Position numbers and translations under genes: made by a program
Assembly: GCA_028703835.1 (NCBI GenBank)
Contig: JAQVMB010000001.1
Coordinates: forward strand, 15,455-79,454
Direction: 5' to 3'
From: Candidatus Peribacteraceae bacterium
GTDB taxonomy: Bacteria > Patescibacteriota > Gracilibacteria > Peribacterales > Peribacteraceae
DNA length: 64,000 nt
The notes under the pieces: generated by a model
What the model saw: the letters and a program-made list of their open reading frames with translations, nothing else
Databases searched by the model: none
What the model was told of the DNA's origin: nothing
Shown: in pieces, positions 18,868 to 27,558 of the stretch
Position numbering within the stretch: position 1 is the first letter of the stretch
Layout of the letters: each line of letters starts with the position of its first letter

Positions 18868-20655
18868 ATGCACAACAGAAACGCCCTCGCCGTCGCGCTC
18901 CTGGGATGTTCGGTCCTGGCGCTTGCGGCTGTCCGTGCGGGGTCGTGGACGGCATCGGTGGACTGCGCCCTGGAACCGTTCGCCCCCGAATGCCTGTCGG
19001 GACTGTCGCAGGAATCGAGTTCCAATCCGCGTGTGCTTTGCGGGAACAGCCGGATCGATCCCGGTGAACAATGCGACGACGGCCGCATGAACGGCGCAAC
19101 GACGTGTTCGCTCACCTGCACGTTCTTCTCCTGCGGAGACGGCACGGTGTCGCTGCATCTGGGTGAACAGTGCGAGCCGGAGAGCGCGATCGTGACGGTG
19201 ACCGATCCCGTCACCGGGGAGACGGTCGAGGAGAAGATTTTCGATGCGCCGGCATGTGGCGTGTATTGCACCGTTCCCGTCTGCGCTCCCGGCGGCTCGT
19301 GCATCGGCGGCTGCAAGCGGCGCTATCTGTCCGCCTGCGCTTCCTCCGCTTCGTCCGCCCGCGCCGAGTACGTCCTGCCTCCTGCCGCACTCACGCCTGC
19401 GTCCTCTTCGTCGGCCGCCGCTGTGGCGGTTTCGTCTTCCGCCGCCCCGGCGCCGGTCATCCTGCAGGTTCCGGTCCCGGAAACCGTCCACAATGCGGCG
19501 CTTCCCGCATGCGGCAACGGCACGACGGAGAACCGGGAAGAGTGCGACGACGGCAACCGCAATTCCGACACGCGCCCCGACGCCTGCCGCACCAGCTGCA
19601 CGCTGCCCCGCTGCGGGGACGGGACGCGGGACCGCGGCGAACAGTGCGACGACGGCAACGGCGTGAACGACGATGCCTGCACGAACGACTGCCGCCTGCC
19701 GCGTTGCGGCGACGGCATCCCGCAGGAGCGGGAGGAATGCGACGACGGCAACAAGGTGGCGCACGACGATTGCACCAATGACTGCCGGTTCCCCGCGTGC
19801 GGGGACGGCATCATCCAGAAGAACGAACAGTGCGACGACGGCAACGGCGACAACGGCGACGGCTGCAGCAATGCCTGCCGCCTGGCGCGCTGCGGCGACG
19901 GCATCCTGCAGGAGGACGAAGAATGCGACGACGGGGCGCGCAATTCCGACATCCGCTCCGACGCGTGCCGCACGGAGTGCGTCCTGCCCCTCTGCGGGGA
20001 CGGCGTCCGCGACAAGGGCGAGGAGTGCGATGACGGGGCGGGCAATGCAAACGACCGTCCCGGCGCCTGCCGCGTCTCGTGCCGGCTCCCGCGCTGCGGG
20101 GACGGGATCATCGACCCCGGCGAGCGTTGCGACGACCTGAACGACGGCTCGGGGGACGGGTGCTCGTCCCGGTGCCAGGTGGAACGCGGGTTCTCCTGCG
20201 ACGGTGCTCCCAGCGAATGCGTGGAAATTCCGACAACGGCCGCTTCCTCTTCCTTCGCACCATCCGTTCTGTGCGGGAACGGAACGCTGGAGCAGGGCGA
20301 ACAGTGCGATGATGGCGCGCGCAATTCGGATACCCACACGGATGCCTGCCGCACCGATTGCCGCCTGCCGCGTTGCGGGGACGGCGTGAAGGACGGCGAA
20401 GAGGAGTGTGACGGCGGTGAGACGTGCACGCAGACGTGCAAGCTCGTGTCGTCCCTCGTGCTGTCGCTGGAGGACGGACAAGAGGACATGCGCGGGACGG
20501 CGGTCGTCGCGCTCACGGCGCTGGAAGCCGTCCTCGTGGTTCTCTTCCTCTTCCGCAAGACGCTCGCGCGTCTCATCGGCATCAAGGAGCCGCGGCAGAA
20601 GAAGCCGTCCTTGGACGACATCCCTCTGAGCGAGATCGAGATGCCGGGGAAGTGA
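18868..20655 (+). CDS. Cys-rich repeat surface protein (Myxococcus-type CxxCGDG...EQCDDGN repeats) with signal peptide and C-terminal TM anchor
   Basis: About 10 repeats of C(R/T)LPRCGDG....GE.CDDGN...D.C...C. N-terminal MHNRNALAVALLGCSVLALAA. C-terminal hydrophobic segment AVVALTALEAVLVVLFLF. Confidence 0.8.
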   Translation: MHNRNALAVALLGCSVLALAAVRAGSWTASVDCALEPFAPECLSGLSQESSSNPRVLCGNSRIDPGEQCDDGRMNGATTCSLTCTFFSCGDGTVSLHLGEQCEPESAIVTVTDPVTGETVEEKIFDAPACGVYCTVPVCAPGGSCIGGCKRRYLSACASSASSARAEYVLPPAALTPASSSSAAAVAVSSSAAPAPVILQVPVPETVHNAALPACGNGTTENREECDDGNRNSDTRPDACRTSCTLPRCGDGTRDRGEQCDDGNGVNDDACTNDCRLPRCGDGIPQEREECDDGNKVAHDDCTNDCRFPACGDGIIQKNEQCDDGNGDNGDGCSNACRLARCGDGILQEDEECDDGARNSDIRSDACRTECVLPLCGDGVRDKGEECDDGAGNANDRPGACRVSCRLPRCGDGIIDPGERCDDLNDGSGDGCSSRCQVERGFSCDGAPSECVEIPTTAASSSFAPSVLCGNGTLEQGEQCDDGARNSDTHTDACRTDCRLPRCGDGVKDGEEECDGGETCTQTCKLVSSLVLSLEDGQEDMRGTAVVALTALEAVLVVLFLFRKTLARLIGIKEPRQKKPSLDDIPLSEIEMPGK

Positions 20656-20765
20656 GGAGGATTCCGAGGAAACCAAGGAAGCCCCTCCTTCGCCAAGGCT
20701 TCGGAGGGCAGGCGAAGAAACCGAGGAGTGTTTTCAAGTACTCCTCGGAATCATCGGCATCGTGA
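20654..20765. repeat. 9-mer word arm plus nested hairpins between convergent genes
   Basis: GAGGAGGATTCCGAGGAAACCAAGGAAGCC ... CCGAGGAGTgttttcaaGTACTCCTCGG. Confidence 0.7.
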
Positions 20766-20772
20766 ATCTTCT

Positions 20773-21546
20773 TCAAATGACCACGCGCACGTACGCCGTG
20801 ATCTTCGCGCCGTCCAGGTACTGCTCCACGGTCTTCGTGTTGTCCTTCACGAACACCTGCTTGGCGAGCGCGTTCTCTTCGCGGAACTTCCTCTCCTTCC
20901 CGACCATGATCTTGTCCCAGATGGCCTCGGGCTTTTTCTCGTTCTTCAATTGCGCCTTCCAGATCTCGCGCTCCTTCACGAGTGCGTCCTCCGGCACGTC
21001 TTCCGGGTACACGTAGGAGGGGCTCATGGCGGCGGCGTGCATGGCCGCGTCTTTCGCCGCTTCGGGCGTACCCTTATCCAGCCCCACCACGACGGCGATG
21101 CGCTTGTTGCTGTGGACGTAGCTGCCCACGACGGGGGCGGCGACCTCCTGCGTTTCGCCCACCGTGATGTTCTCGCCCAGCTTCTGGACGGCGGCGGGGA
21201 TGGCGGCTTCCGCTTCCTTCTTGCCGGCATCGAGGCCGTTGGCCAGGACGCTGGCGGCGAGTTTCTCGCCGATGGCGGTGAAGTCGTCGTTGCGCGCGAC
21301 GAAGTCCGTTTCGCACTTGAGAGACACGACGGCGGCCTTGTCCTTGCCCTGCGCGATGAAGAGGGCGCCTGCGTTCTGCGCACGATCGGCCTTCTTCACG
21401 GCCTGCGCGAGGCCGCGCTTGCGGAGGATCTCGATGGCTTTGTCCATGTCGCCGCCGGCTTCATCCAGGGCTTCCTTGCAGGCCATCATGGAGACGCCCG
21501 TGCGGGCGCGGAGCGTGGCGACATCGGAGGCTGATACGGGACTCAT
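20773..21546 (-). CDS. tsf: Translation elongation factor Ts
   Basis: N-terminal UBA-like VATLRARTGVSMMACKEALDEAGGDMDKAIEILRKRG, then CETDFVARNDDF. Confidence 0.93.
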   Translation of the reverse strand: MSPVSASDVATLRARTGVSMMACKEALDEAGGDMDKAIEILRKRGLAQAVKKADRAQNAGALFIAQGKDKAAVVSLKCETDFVARNDDFTAIGEKLAASVLANGLDAGKKEAEAAIPAAVQKLGENITVGETQEVAAPVVGSYVHSNKRIAVVVGLDKGTPEAAKDAAMHAAAMSPSYVYPEDVPEDALVKEREIWKAQLKNEKKPEAIWDKIMVGKERKFREENALAKQVFVKDNTKTVEQYLDGAKITAYVRVVI

Positions 21547-21625
21547 TGGTAAGGGGGGGAATGGTAGCCGCGCCCCTTCGCGGGCGCGGAAAGATGAAAG
21601 CGCCCTTTCCGGGGCGCGGCGGAAA

Positions 21626-22393
21626 TTATTCCTGTTTCTGGCGAAGGTCGCCGGCCAGCGCGGGTGCGAGGAGCGGGTCCTTCCGTTCCTCGCCGGGCGC
21701 GTGCTGTCCGCGCTTGGACGTCACGTCGGCGAGCTCGGATTCGACGGCGGAGAGGATCAGGTGGATGCTCTTCACGGCGTCGTCGTTGGCGGGGACGAAG
21801 ACGGCGAAGTGGTCGGGATCGGCATTGCTGTCGCAGACGCCGAAGAGGGGGATCTTCAATTTTGCGGCTTCGAGGACGGCCACGCGGTCGCGGACGGCGT
21901 CCAGGACGAAGACGGCATCAGGCAGGCCCGTCATGCGGGACACGCCGGCCAGCGCGTTGTCGAGCTTTGCCAGTTTCTTGCGCAGGGCGGTCTGTTCCTT
22001 CTTGGTGTACTTCTCCACTTCGCCCGTCTGGAACGACCGTTGCAGTTCCAGGTAGTACTTGAGGCGGCGCTTGATCGTGGGCCAGTTCGTGAGGAGGCCC
22101 GGGATCCACTTCTTCGTCACCATCGGCTGGCCGAGGACGGAGGCGAGGTGCTCGATGAACGGGATGCTCTGCTGCTTGGTGGAGACGAAGAGGATGGTCT
22201 TGCCTTCGGCCTGGAGCTTCTTGAGGGCCGCGCACATGTTCTCCATGTGCTTGCGGGTGGTCCCGAGGTCGAAGATGTGGATGCCCTTGCGGTGGCCGTA
22301 GAGGTACGGCGCCATCTTGGGGTTCCACTTCTCCTTGCGGTGGCCGAAGTGGGAGGCGGCGGAGAGGAGTTCTTTCTCGGAAGGGATCGCCAT
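21626..22393 (-). CDS. rpsB: 30S ribosomal protein S2
   Basis: MAIPSEKELLSAASHFGHRKEKWNPKMAPYLYGHRKGIHIFDL. Adjacent to tsf, as in most bacteria. Confidence 0.95.
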   Translation of the reverse strand: MAIPSEKELLSAASHFGHRKEKWNPKMAPYLYGHRKGIHIFDLGTTRKHMENMCAALKKLQAEGKTILFVSTKQQSIPFIEHLASVLGQPMVTKKWIPGLLTNWPTIKRRLKYYLELQRSFQTGEVEKYTKKEQTALRKKLAKLDNALAGVSRMTGLPDAVFVLDAVRDRVAVLEAAKLKIPLFGVCDSNADPDHFAVFVPANDDAVKSIHLILSAVESELADVTSKRGQHAPGEERKDPLLAPALAGDLRQKQE

Positions 22394-22532
22394 AGGAATG
22401 AGGTGAGAAAAGGGAGAAAGGGGACAAATGGCAGGAAGGTGCATACGGACGAGCCGTATGATTCTTCAGGCGGTGAAAGGAATCCTTGGGGCTTGATTCC
22501 GGCGTCTTGTCGCTCGTTGCGGAGGATCCACG

Positions 22533-22590
22533 GGCCACCCTTCGATTCGTCCTTCGTCGCTTCGCTCCTCAGGACTCACTCAGGGTGACG
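22533..22590 (-). repeat. GTCAnnnnGAG...TCGAnnnnTGRC hairpin (large-loop copy)
   Basis: Minus sense reads GTCACCCT GAG...TCGA AGGGTGGC. Same frame as the copies at 29937 and 61149, but with covarying stem bases. Confidence 0.6.
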
Positions 22591-22763
22591 CTTCGCGTCA
22601 GGACCGCGCGATCAGTCGGAAGTGCGGAGATGTTATAGAGGAAAAGGGCGGACTGTGCAACGCATTTCGGGGACACTCGGCAGGCTCTCCACTTCCATGG
22701 ACCGTAAAGGATGGCTTACGGAAGAGGAAAGAAAGTTGAACGATCCGCTCGGGATGCCATTGC

Positions 22764-24161
22764 TTACTGCTTCAGGGAGGCCACCAACGCATCGATCGAC
22801 AGTCGCTCCTGTTTCAGCGTATCGCGATCCCGGATGGTGACGGTGTCCTTCCCGCCCTGCTTCTCATCTTCGCCGAGCGTCCCGAAGTCGACCGTAACGG
22901 CACGCGGCGTGCCGATCTCGTCCTGACGGCGGTAGCGTTTGCCGATGGATCCGGTGACGTCGAAGTCGCAGACGAGGTCTGTTTCCTGAACAATTCTGTT
23001 GTACAGTTCTTTGGCCTTGGCAACAAGGTGTTCTTTCTTCGAGAGTGGCAAAATTGCGATGTCCACGGGCGCGAGTTCCGGTGCGAATTTCATCACCGTC
23101 CGTGCCTCGCCGTTGGGCAGCGTCTCTTCCGTGTACGCCTCGATGAGGAATGTGAGCACGGAACGGTCGCAGCCGAAGCTCGGTTCGACGACGAAGGGGA
23201 GGAATTTCTTCGTGGCGTCATCCGGGTCGGTGTACTTCAGGTCTTGGCCGGAGAATTTCTCGTGCTGCGACAAGTCGTAGTCCGCGCGGTTCGCGAGGCC
23301 GAAGAGTTCGCCCCATCCCCACGGGAACAGGTACTCGATGTCGATGGTGCGTGAACTGTAGAAAGAAAGTTCATCCTTGCCGTGCTCGCGGATGCGGAGC
23401 CGTTCTTTCGAGATCCCCAATGAAAGGAACCAGTTCCACACCGTGTCCTTCCATTCCTCGAATGACGCGGCCTCTTTCCCGGGTTCCACGAAGTACTCGA
23501 TCTCCATCTGCTCGAATTCTCGTGTGCGGAACGTGAAGTTGCCCGGCGTGATCTCGTTGCGGAACGCTTTCCCGATCTGCGCCACGCCGAAGGGGAGACG
23601 CAGGCGCATGGTGTCCAGGATGTTCTTGAAGTTCACGAAGATGCCTTGCGCCGTTTCGGGGCGGAGGAAGATGTCTTCGCCTTCGCCTTCCACCACGCCC
23701 TGCTGTGTCTTGAACATCAGGTTGAACTTCTTCGCGGCCGTCCACTCGACGGAGCCGCACTTGGGGCAGGGGATTTTCTCCGCCATGAGCATCGGCTGGA
23801 TCTGGTCCAGCTTCAGGACAGCGGCCGCCGCCGTTCCCAATTTCTCTTCCAGGAGCTTGTCGCCCCGGAAGCGTTCCTTGCACTTCTTGCAGTCCACGAG
23901 GGGATCGGTGAACGAACCCACGTGGCCGCTCGCTTCCCACGTTTTCGGGTTCATCAGGATCGCCGCGTCCAGGCCCACCATGTCTGGTCGCCTGTGGACG
24001 AACGTGCGCCACCAGTGGTTCTTCACGCGCCGCTTCAGTTCCGCGCCGAGCGGGCCGTAGTCCCAGGTGTTCGCCAGCCCTCCGTAGATGTCGGAACCGG
24101 GGAACACGAACCCCCGGCGCTTGCAGAGGGAGACGATCTGGTCGAGGGAGGTGGCGGGCAT
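22764..24161 (-). CDS. glyQS: Glycine--tRNA ligase (dimeric class II type)
   Basis: RRGFVFPGSDIYGGLANTWDYGPLGAELK and the C-terminal anticodon-binding-like VTIRDRDT. Confidence 0.95.
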   Translation of the reverse strand: MPATSLDQIVSLCKRRGFVFPGSDIYGGLANTWDYGPLGAELKRRVKNHWWRTFVHRRPDMVGLDAAILMNPKTWEASGHVGSFTDPLVDCKKCKERFRGDKLLEEKLGTAAAAVLKLDQIQPMLMAEKIPCPKCGSVEWTAAKKFNLMFKTQQGVVEGEGEDIFLRPETAQGIFVNFKNILDTMRLRLPFGVAQIGKAFRNEITPGNFTFRTREFEQMEIEYFVEPGKEAASFEEWKDTVWNWFLSLGISKERLRIREHGKDELSFYSSRTIDIEYLFPWGWGELFGLANRADYDLSQHEKFSGQDLKYTDPDDATKKFLPFVVEPSFGCDRSVLTFLIEAYTEETLPNGEARTVMKFAPELAPVDIAILPLSKKEHLVAKAKELYNRIVQETDLVCDFDVTGSIGKRYRRQDEIGTPRAVTVDFGTLGEDEKQGGKDTVTIRDRDTLKQERLSIDALVASLKQ

Positions 24162-24225
24162 GGGCGGGGAGGGATGCGGGCATCATGATGCAATATCCCA
24201 TCCGTGTGCAATGGCTGACCCGATT

Positions 24226-24253
24226 GTAGAGACGCGGCATGCCGCGTCTCTAC
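24226..24253. repeat. 28-nt perfect palindrome GTAGAGACGCGGCATGCCGCGTCTCTAC
   Basis: Read directly. A second copy of the 20-nt core is at 36188-36207. Confidence 0.9.
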
Positions 24254-24319
24254 CATGCATTTACGGCGTCCGTAACCGCATCCCTCCCCTTCAAAATTAA
24301 CCATAAATATGATATAATC

Positions 24320-25675
24320 ATGGGAATGCTCGATGCCCTCCTGGCGACCGGCTTGCTGCCGTCCAAAACGGCCGTGGTGCTGCTGGCGGTGGCCATCGTG
24401 GCGTCGCTGGACCTGATGGGCAGGGCGAAGCGCCGGAGCGGGCACTACGTCTTCGGCGTCCTCTTCGGGACGGCGTTGTCCGTGGGCATCATGGAATTCC
24501 TGGAGGTGCTGTTCAACCGGGCGATGACTGACAGCCCGGCCATGATGGGGCTGGGCGTCCTGCTCGTCGTGGTCGCCTGGCGCTTCCTCTTCGGCCCGTG
24601 GGAGGCGCACGTGAAGGCGACGGTGCTCGGCACGTTCCTCTTCTGGATCGCGTTCCAGACGCTCTTCCGCGAGACGCCCCAAGAACGGGCGGCGCACGTG
24701 ATCGCGCTCCTCATCGCCGCCATCCCGGCCGCGGTATGGTGCGCGCTCTTCCTGCCGTACCACCGCGAGCGCCGGAGCGTGGTGCTCCTCATGTTCTTCT
24801 CGGGCATGGCGTCCACGGCGCCCATCCTGTTCTATGACGCGCTCGTGAAGCGGAAGGTCGAGCTGCAGTTCTTCGTGTTCCGCCTCGTGCCGGAGAGCTT
24901 CAACGCCAACATCCAGGCGACCGTGCGCGACATGGGCCTGCCGTCCCTCAAGGCCACGCTCATCGCGCTCTTCGTCTCCTTCGTGATGGTGGGGATCCTG
25001 GAGGAGGGGAGCAAGTACTGGGTGCTCCGGAAGAACGGCGGGTCGTTCTTCTCCAGCATCGACGACGCCATGCAGTTCGCCATCCTCGTGGCCATCGGCT
25101 TCGCGTTCGCCGAGAACGTGACCCGGACGGGGTACTTCTTCAACTTCGTGAAGGAATTCCTCCTGTCGCCCGGCAAGCCGGACTGGCCGGGGTTCCTGGG
25201 CAACATTGCGGGACGGTCCATCCTCACGAGCATGGTGCACATCGTGTCCACGGGCATCCTGGGCTACTTCGTGGGCCTCGCCATTTTCGCCGACCCGCGC
25301 CTTCGCGAGGCGGAGCGGCGCGGAAAGACGTTCGTCGTGGGGGGGGTGCTCCGGCGCCTGCTGGGGGCGCGGCCGACGTCGGTGTACCGCACGCAGATGG
25401 TTGCCACGGGTTTCCTGCTGGCCATCCTCCTCCACGCGCTCTCCAATTTCCTCGTCACGCTCCCCGACGTCCTGCCCGGCAACCCCCACACGTTCGGCGA
25501 GCTCTTGGGTGCGCCCGCCGGTTCGTTCACCCACTACGTCGCGCTCCTCCTGCCGCCCGCCCTCCTCTATGTGGTGGGCGGATTTTGGCTGCTCACGATG
25601 CTTTTTTCCCGCAAGGAGAACATGAAGGAGCGCGGACGGGTGATTTCCACCGAAGTGTTTGTCATGGGGGAATGA
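24320..25675 (+). CDS. PrsW-family intramembrane protease
   Basis: Polytopic membrane protein with the EEGSKYW and HALSNF motifs. TATAAT at 24313-24318 suggests the real, leaderless start may be the ATG at 24326. Confidence 0.75.
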   Translation: MGMLDALLATGLLPSKTAVVLLAVAIVASLDLMGRAKRRSGHYVFGVLFGTALSVGIMEFLEVLFNRAMTDSPAMMGLGVLLVVVAWRFLFGPWEAHVKATVLGTFLFWIAFQTLFRETPQERAAHVIALLIAAIPAAVWCALFLPYHRERRSVVLLMFFSGMASTAPILFYDALVKRKVELQFFVFRLVPESFNANIQATVRDMGLPSLKATLIALFVSFVMVGILEEGSKYWVLRKNGGSFFSSIDDAMQFAILVAIGFAFAENVTRTGYFFNFVKEFLLSPGKPDWPGFLGNIAGRSILTSMVHIVSTGILGYFVGLAIFADPRLREAERRGKTFVVGGVLRRLLGARPTSVYRTQMVATGFLLAILLHALSNFLVTLPDVLPGNPHTFGELLGAPAGSFTHYVALLLPPALLYVVGGFWLLTMLFSRKENMKERGRVISTEVFVMGE

Positions 25676-25726
25676 GGACCGTAGAATGCGGCCAACGCAT
25701 TCCGCGTCCCCGTTCCACACTTCCCC

Positions 25727-27379
25727 ATGCGGTCTTCCACCCGCGCACGCGCTTCATCTGCCGTCGTTTTCGACCCCACGCGCGCCGCCGTCCGGGTCTT
25801 CACCGGATCCGTCCTCACGCTCGCTGTCTTCGTGCTGAGCGCGCTCGGGGGTGACGTCGCCGGAGCGCAGCAGGGCGTGGCGCGCGGGGACTTCCTGCGG
25901 GCGGCCGTCGAGGCGCTCCGTCTCCCGCTCGACCAAGCGGACGTGCCGTACCCCGACGTGCCGGCTTCGCTCCTCCCCTACGTGGGGGCGGCGCAGAAGC
26001 GCGGGGCGTTGGCGGCGTTCTCGCCCGGCGCGACGATCGACCTCCAGCGTGCGATCACCCGCGGCGAAGCGTTGCAGGTGCTGGTGAAGCTCACGGGCGA
26101 AAAGACATCCGGCAAACTGACGCGGTCGTATTCCGACGTGCGGACCGCCGCCCAGAAGGAGGCGGTGCTCGTGGCGTTGCGCCAGCGGTGGATGCGGCCC
26201 CTTCGCAACGCCCTCTTCGGCATGGACGTGACGCTGACGCCCTCCGAGCAGCGGACGCTCCTCAAGAAGGCGTCGACGAGCGGCACCGTGCGCGTGGTGC
26301 CCCCGGAGCCGCAGACCATCCGGATCAACATCGACGGGTCGGCGCAATCCTTGCCGAAGGAGGAAGTGCTGCAGACGGTGTGGGATCTCCTGAACAGGCA
26401 GTACCTCTACAAGGAAAAGATCAACGGGAACGAGGCGGGCTACCGTTCCGTGGAATCGCTGGTGGAGAGCCTGGAAGACCCGTACACCGTCTTCTTCCGC
26501 CCCAGCACCGCGAAGGAATTCCAGACGCAGCTCCAGGGCGAAGTGACGGGCATCGGCGCCCAGGTGGACCAGAAGGACGGCATCCTCATCATCATCGCGC
26601 CGTTGCACGGGTCCCCGGCGGAGCGCGCCGGGCTGCAGGGCGGCGACGAGATCCTGTCGGTGAACGGGGAGTCGATCACCGGCCTGCCGTACGAGGAGGC
26701 CGTGTCCAAGGTTCGCGGCCCCAAGGGCACCGCCGCGAATTTGCACATCCGCCGCAACGGCACCGAGTTCGACGTCCAGGTGGTCCGCGACACCGTGCGC
26801 ATCGACGACTTGCGGGTGACGTATGAGGGGGACATCCCCGTGGTGAAGCTCACGCAGTTCGGCCAGTCCGTGGACCGCGATTTCCGCAAGCTCATGCAGG
26901 ACGTCGCGCTGAAGAACCCCCGCGGCCTCGTGCTGGACCTGCGCAACAACCCCGGCGGGTACCTGGATGCGGCCGGCACCGCGGTGAGCGCGTTCCTGCC
27001 CGACCGCACGCCCTACGTCGTCATCGAGACCGCGACCAGCAGCGAGCCCGAGGTGACGAACGGGAAGCCCGTGATCTCATCGGATACGCGCATGGTGGTG
27101 CTCGTAAACAAGGGCTCCGCCAGCGCCGCGGAGATCGTGGCGGGCGCGCTGCAGGACCACAAGCGGGCGACCGTCGTGGGGGAGACGACCTTCGGCAAAG
27201 GCACGGTGCAGCAGCTCATCTCGTTCACGGACGGCTCCAGCCTGAAGATGACCATCGCCGAGTGGAAGACGCCCAACGGTCGCAAGATCGACGGCACGGG
27301 CGTCACGCCGGACATTGCCATCGCATCCTCCACGACCACCGACCTGCAGTTGCAGAGGGCGCTGGAACTCCTTCGCTGA
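25727..27379 (+). CDS. S41 carboxy-terminal processing peptidase with N-terminal SLH-like region
   Basis: PDZ segment SPAERAGLQGGDEILSVNGESI. Catalytic region VVLVNKGSASAAEIVAGALQD...TFGKGTVQ. N-terminal signal sequence. Confidence 0.85.
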   Translation: MRSSTRARASSAVVFDPTRAAVRVFTGSVLTLAVFVLSALGGDVAGAQQGVARGDFLRAAVEALRLPLDQADVPYPDVPASLLPYVGAAQKRGALAAFSPGATIDLQRAITRGEALQVLVKLTGEKTSGKLTRSYSDVRTAAQKEAVLVALRQRWMRPLRNALFGMDVTLTPSEQRTLLKKASTSGTVRVVPPEPQTIRINIDGSAQSLPKEEVLQTVWDLLNRQYLYKEKINGNEAGYRSVESLVESLEDPYTVFFRPSTAKEFQTQLQGEVTGIGAQVDQKDGILIIIAPLHGSPAERAGLQGGDEILSVNGESITGLPYEEAVSKVRGPKGTAANLHIRRNGTEFDVQVVRDTVRIDDLRVTYEGDIPVVKLTQFGQSVDRDFRKLMQDVALKNPRGLVLDLRNNPGGYLDAAGTAVSAFLPDRTPYVVIETATSSEPEVTNGKPVISSDTRMVVLVNKGSASAAEIVAGALQDHKRATVVGETTFGKGTVQQLISFTDGSSLKMTIAEWKTPNGRKIDGTGVTPDIAIASSTTTDLQLQRALELLR

Positions 27380-27407
27380 GGCTGGCGAAGATTGAGGATA
27401 GTCGTTC

Positions 27408-27556
27408 GAAGGAATACGGGAATACAGGAGTACAGGAATACGGGTAATGCATCCGTACATGCTGGCCGGCCGTCCCCGTACTCCCGTATTCTCGCCTGCC
27501 CTGCATAGCTTCAGCGAAGGAGGGTGCTCCCGTATTCCCAATCCTGTACACTTCCG
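27408..27556. repeat. Imperfect palindrome built from GGAATACRG-type words
   Basis: GGAATACGGGAATACAGGAGTACAGGAATACGGG ... CCCCGTACTCCCGTATTC ... CTCCCGTATTCCCAATCCTGTAC. Confidence 0.75.
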
Positions 27557-27558
27557 TC

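Noticed and set aside
18754-20696. 640-aa and 457-aa minus-strand ORFs opposite the Cys-rich repeat gene.
   Set aside because: Their Arg/Gly/Pro-rich or Ser/Pro-rich composition has no motifs. The plus-strand frame has a signal peptide, regular CxxC/CDDGN modules and a TM anchor.
22445-22763. The 320-nt gap between glyQS and rpsB as a possible structured RNA gene (RNase P, SRP, tmRNA, 6S). It contains AGAGGAAAAGGGCGGAC, vaguely like the RNase P GAGGAAAGUCC box.
   Set aside because: The match to the RNase P P4 sequence is imperfect. No SRP domain IV or tmRNA tRNA-like end could be found by eye. Part of the gap is explained by a GTCA...TCGA repeat hairpin. A covariance-model scan would settle it.
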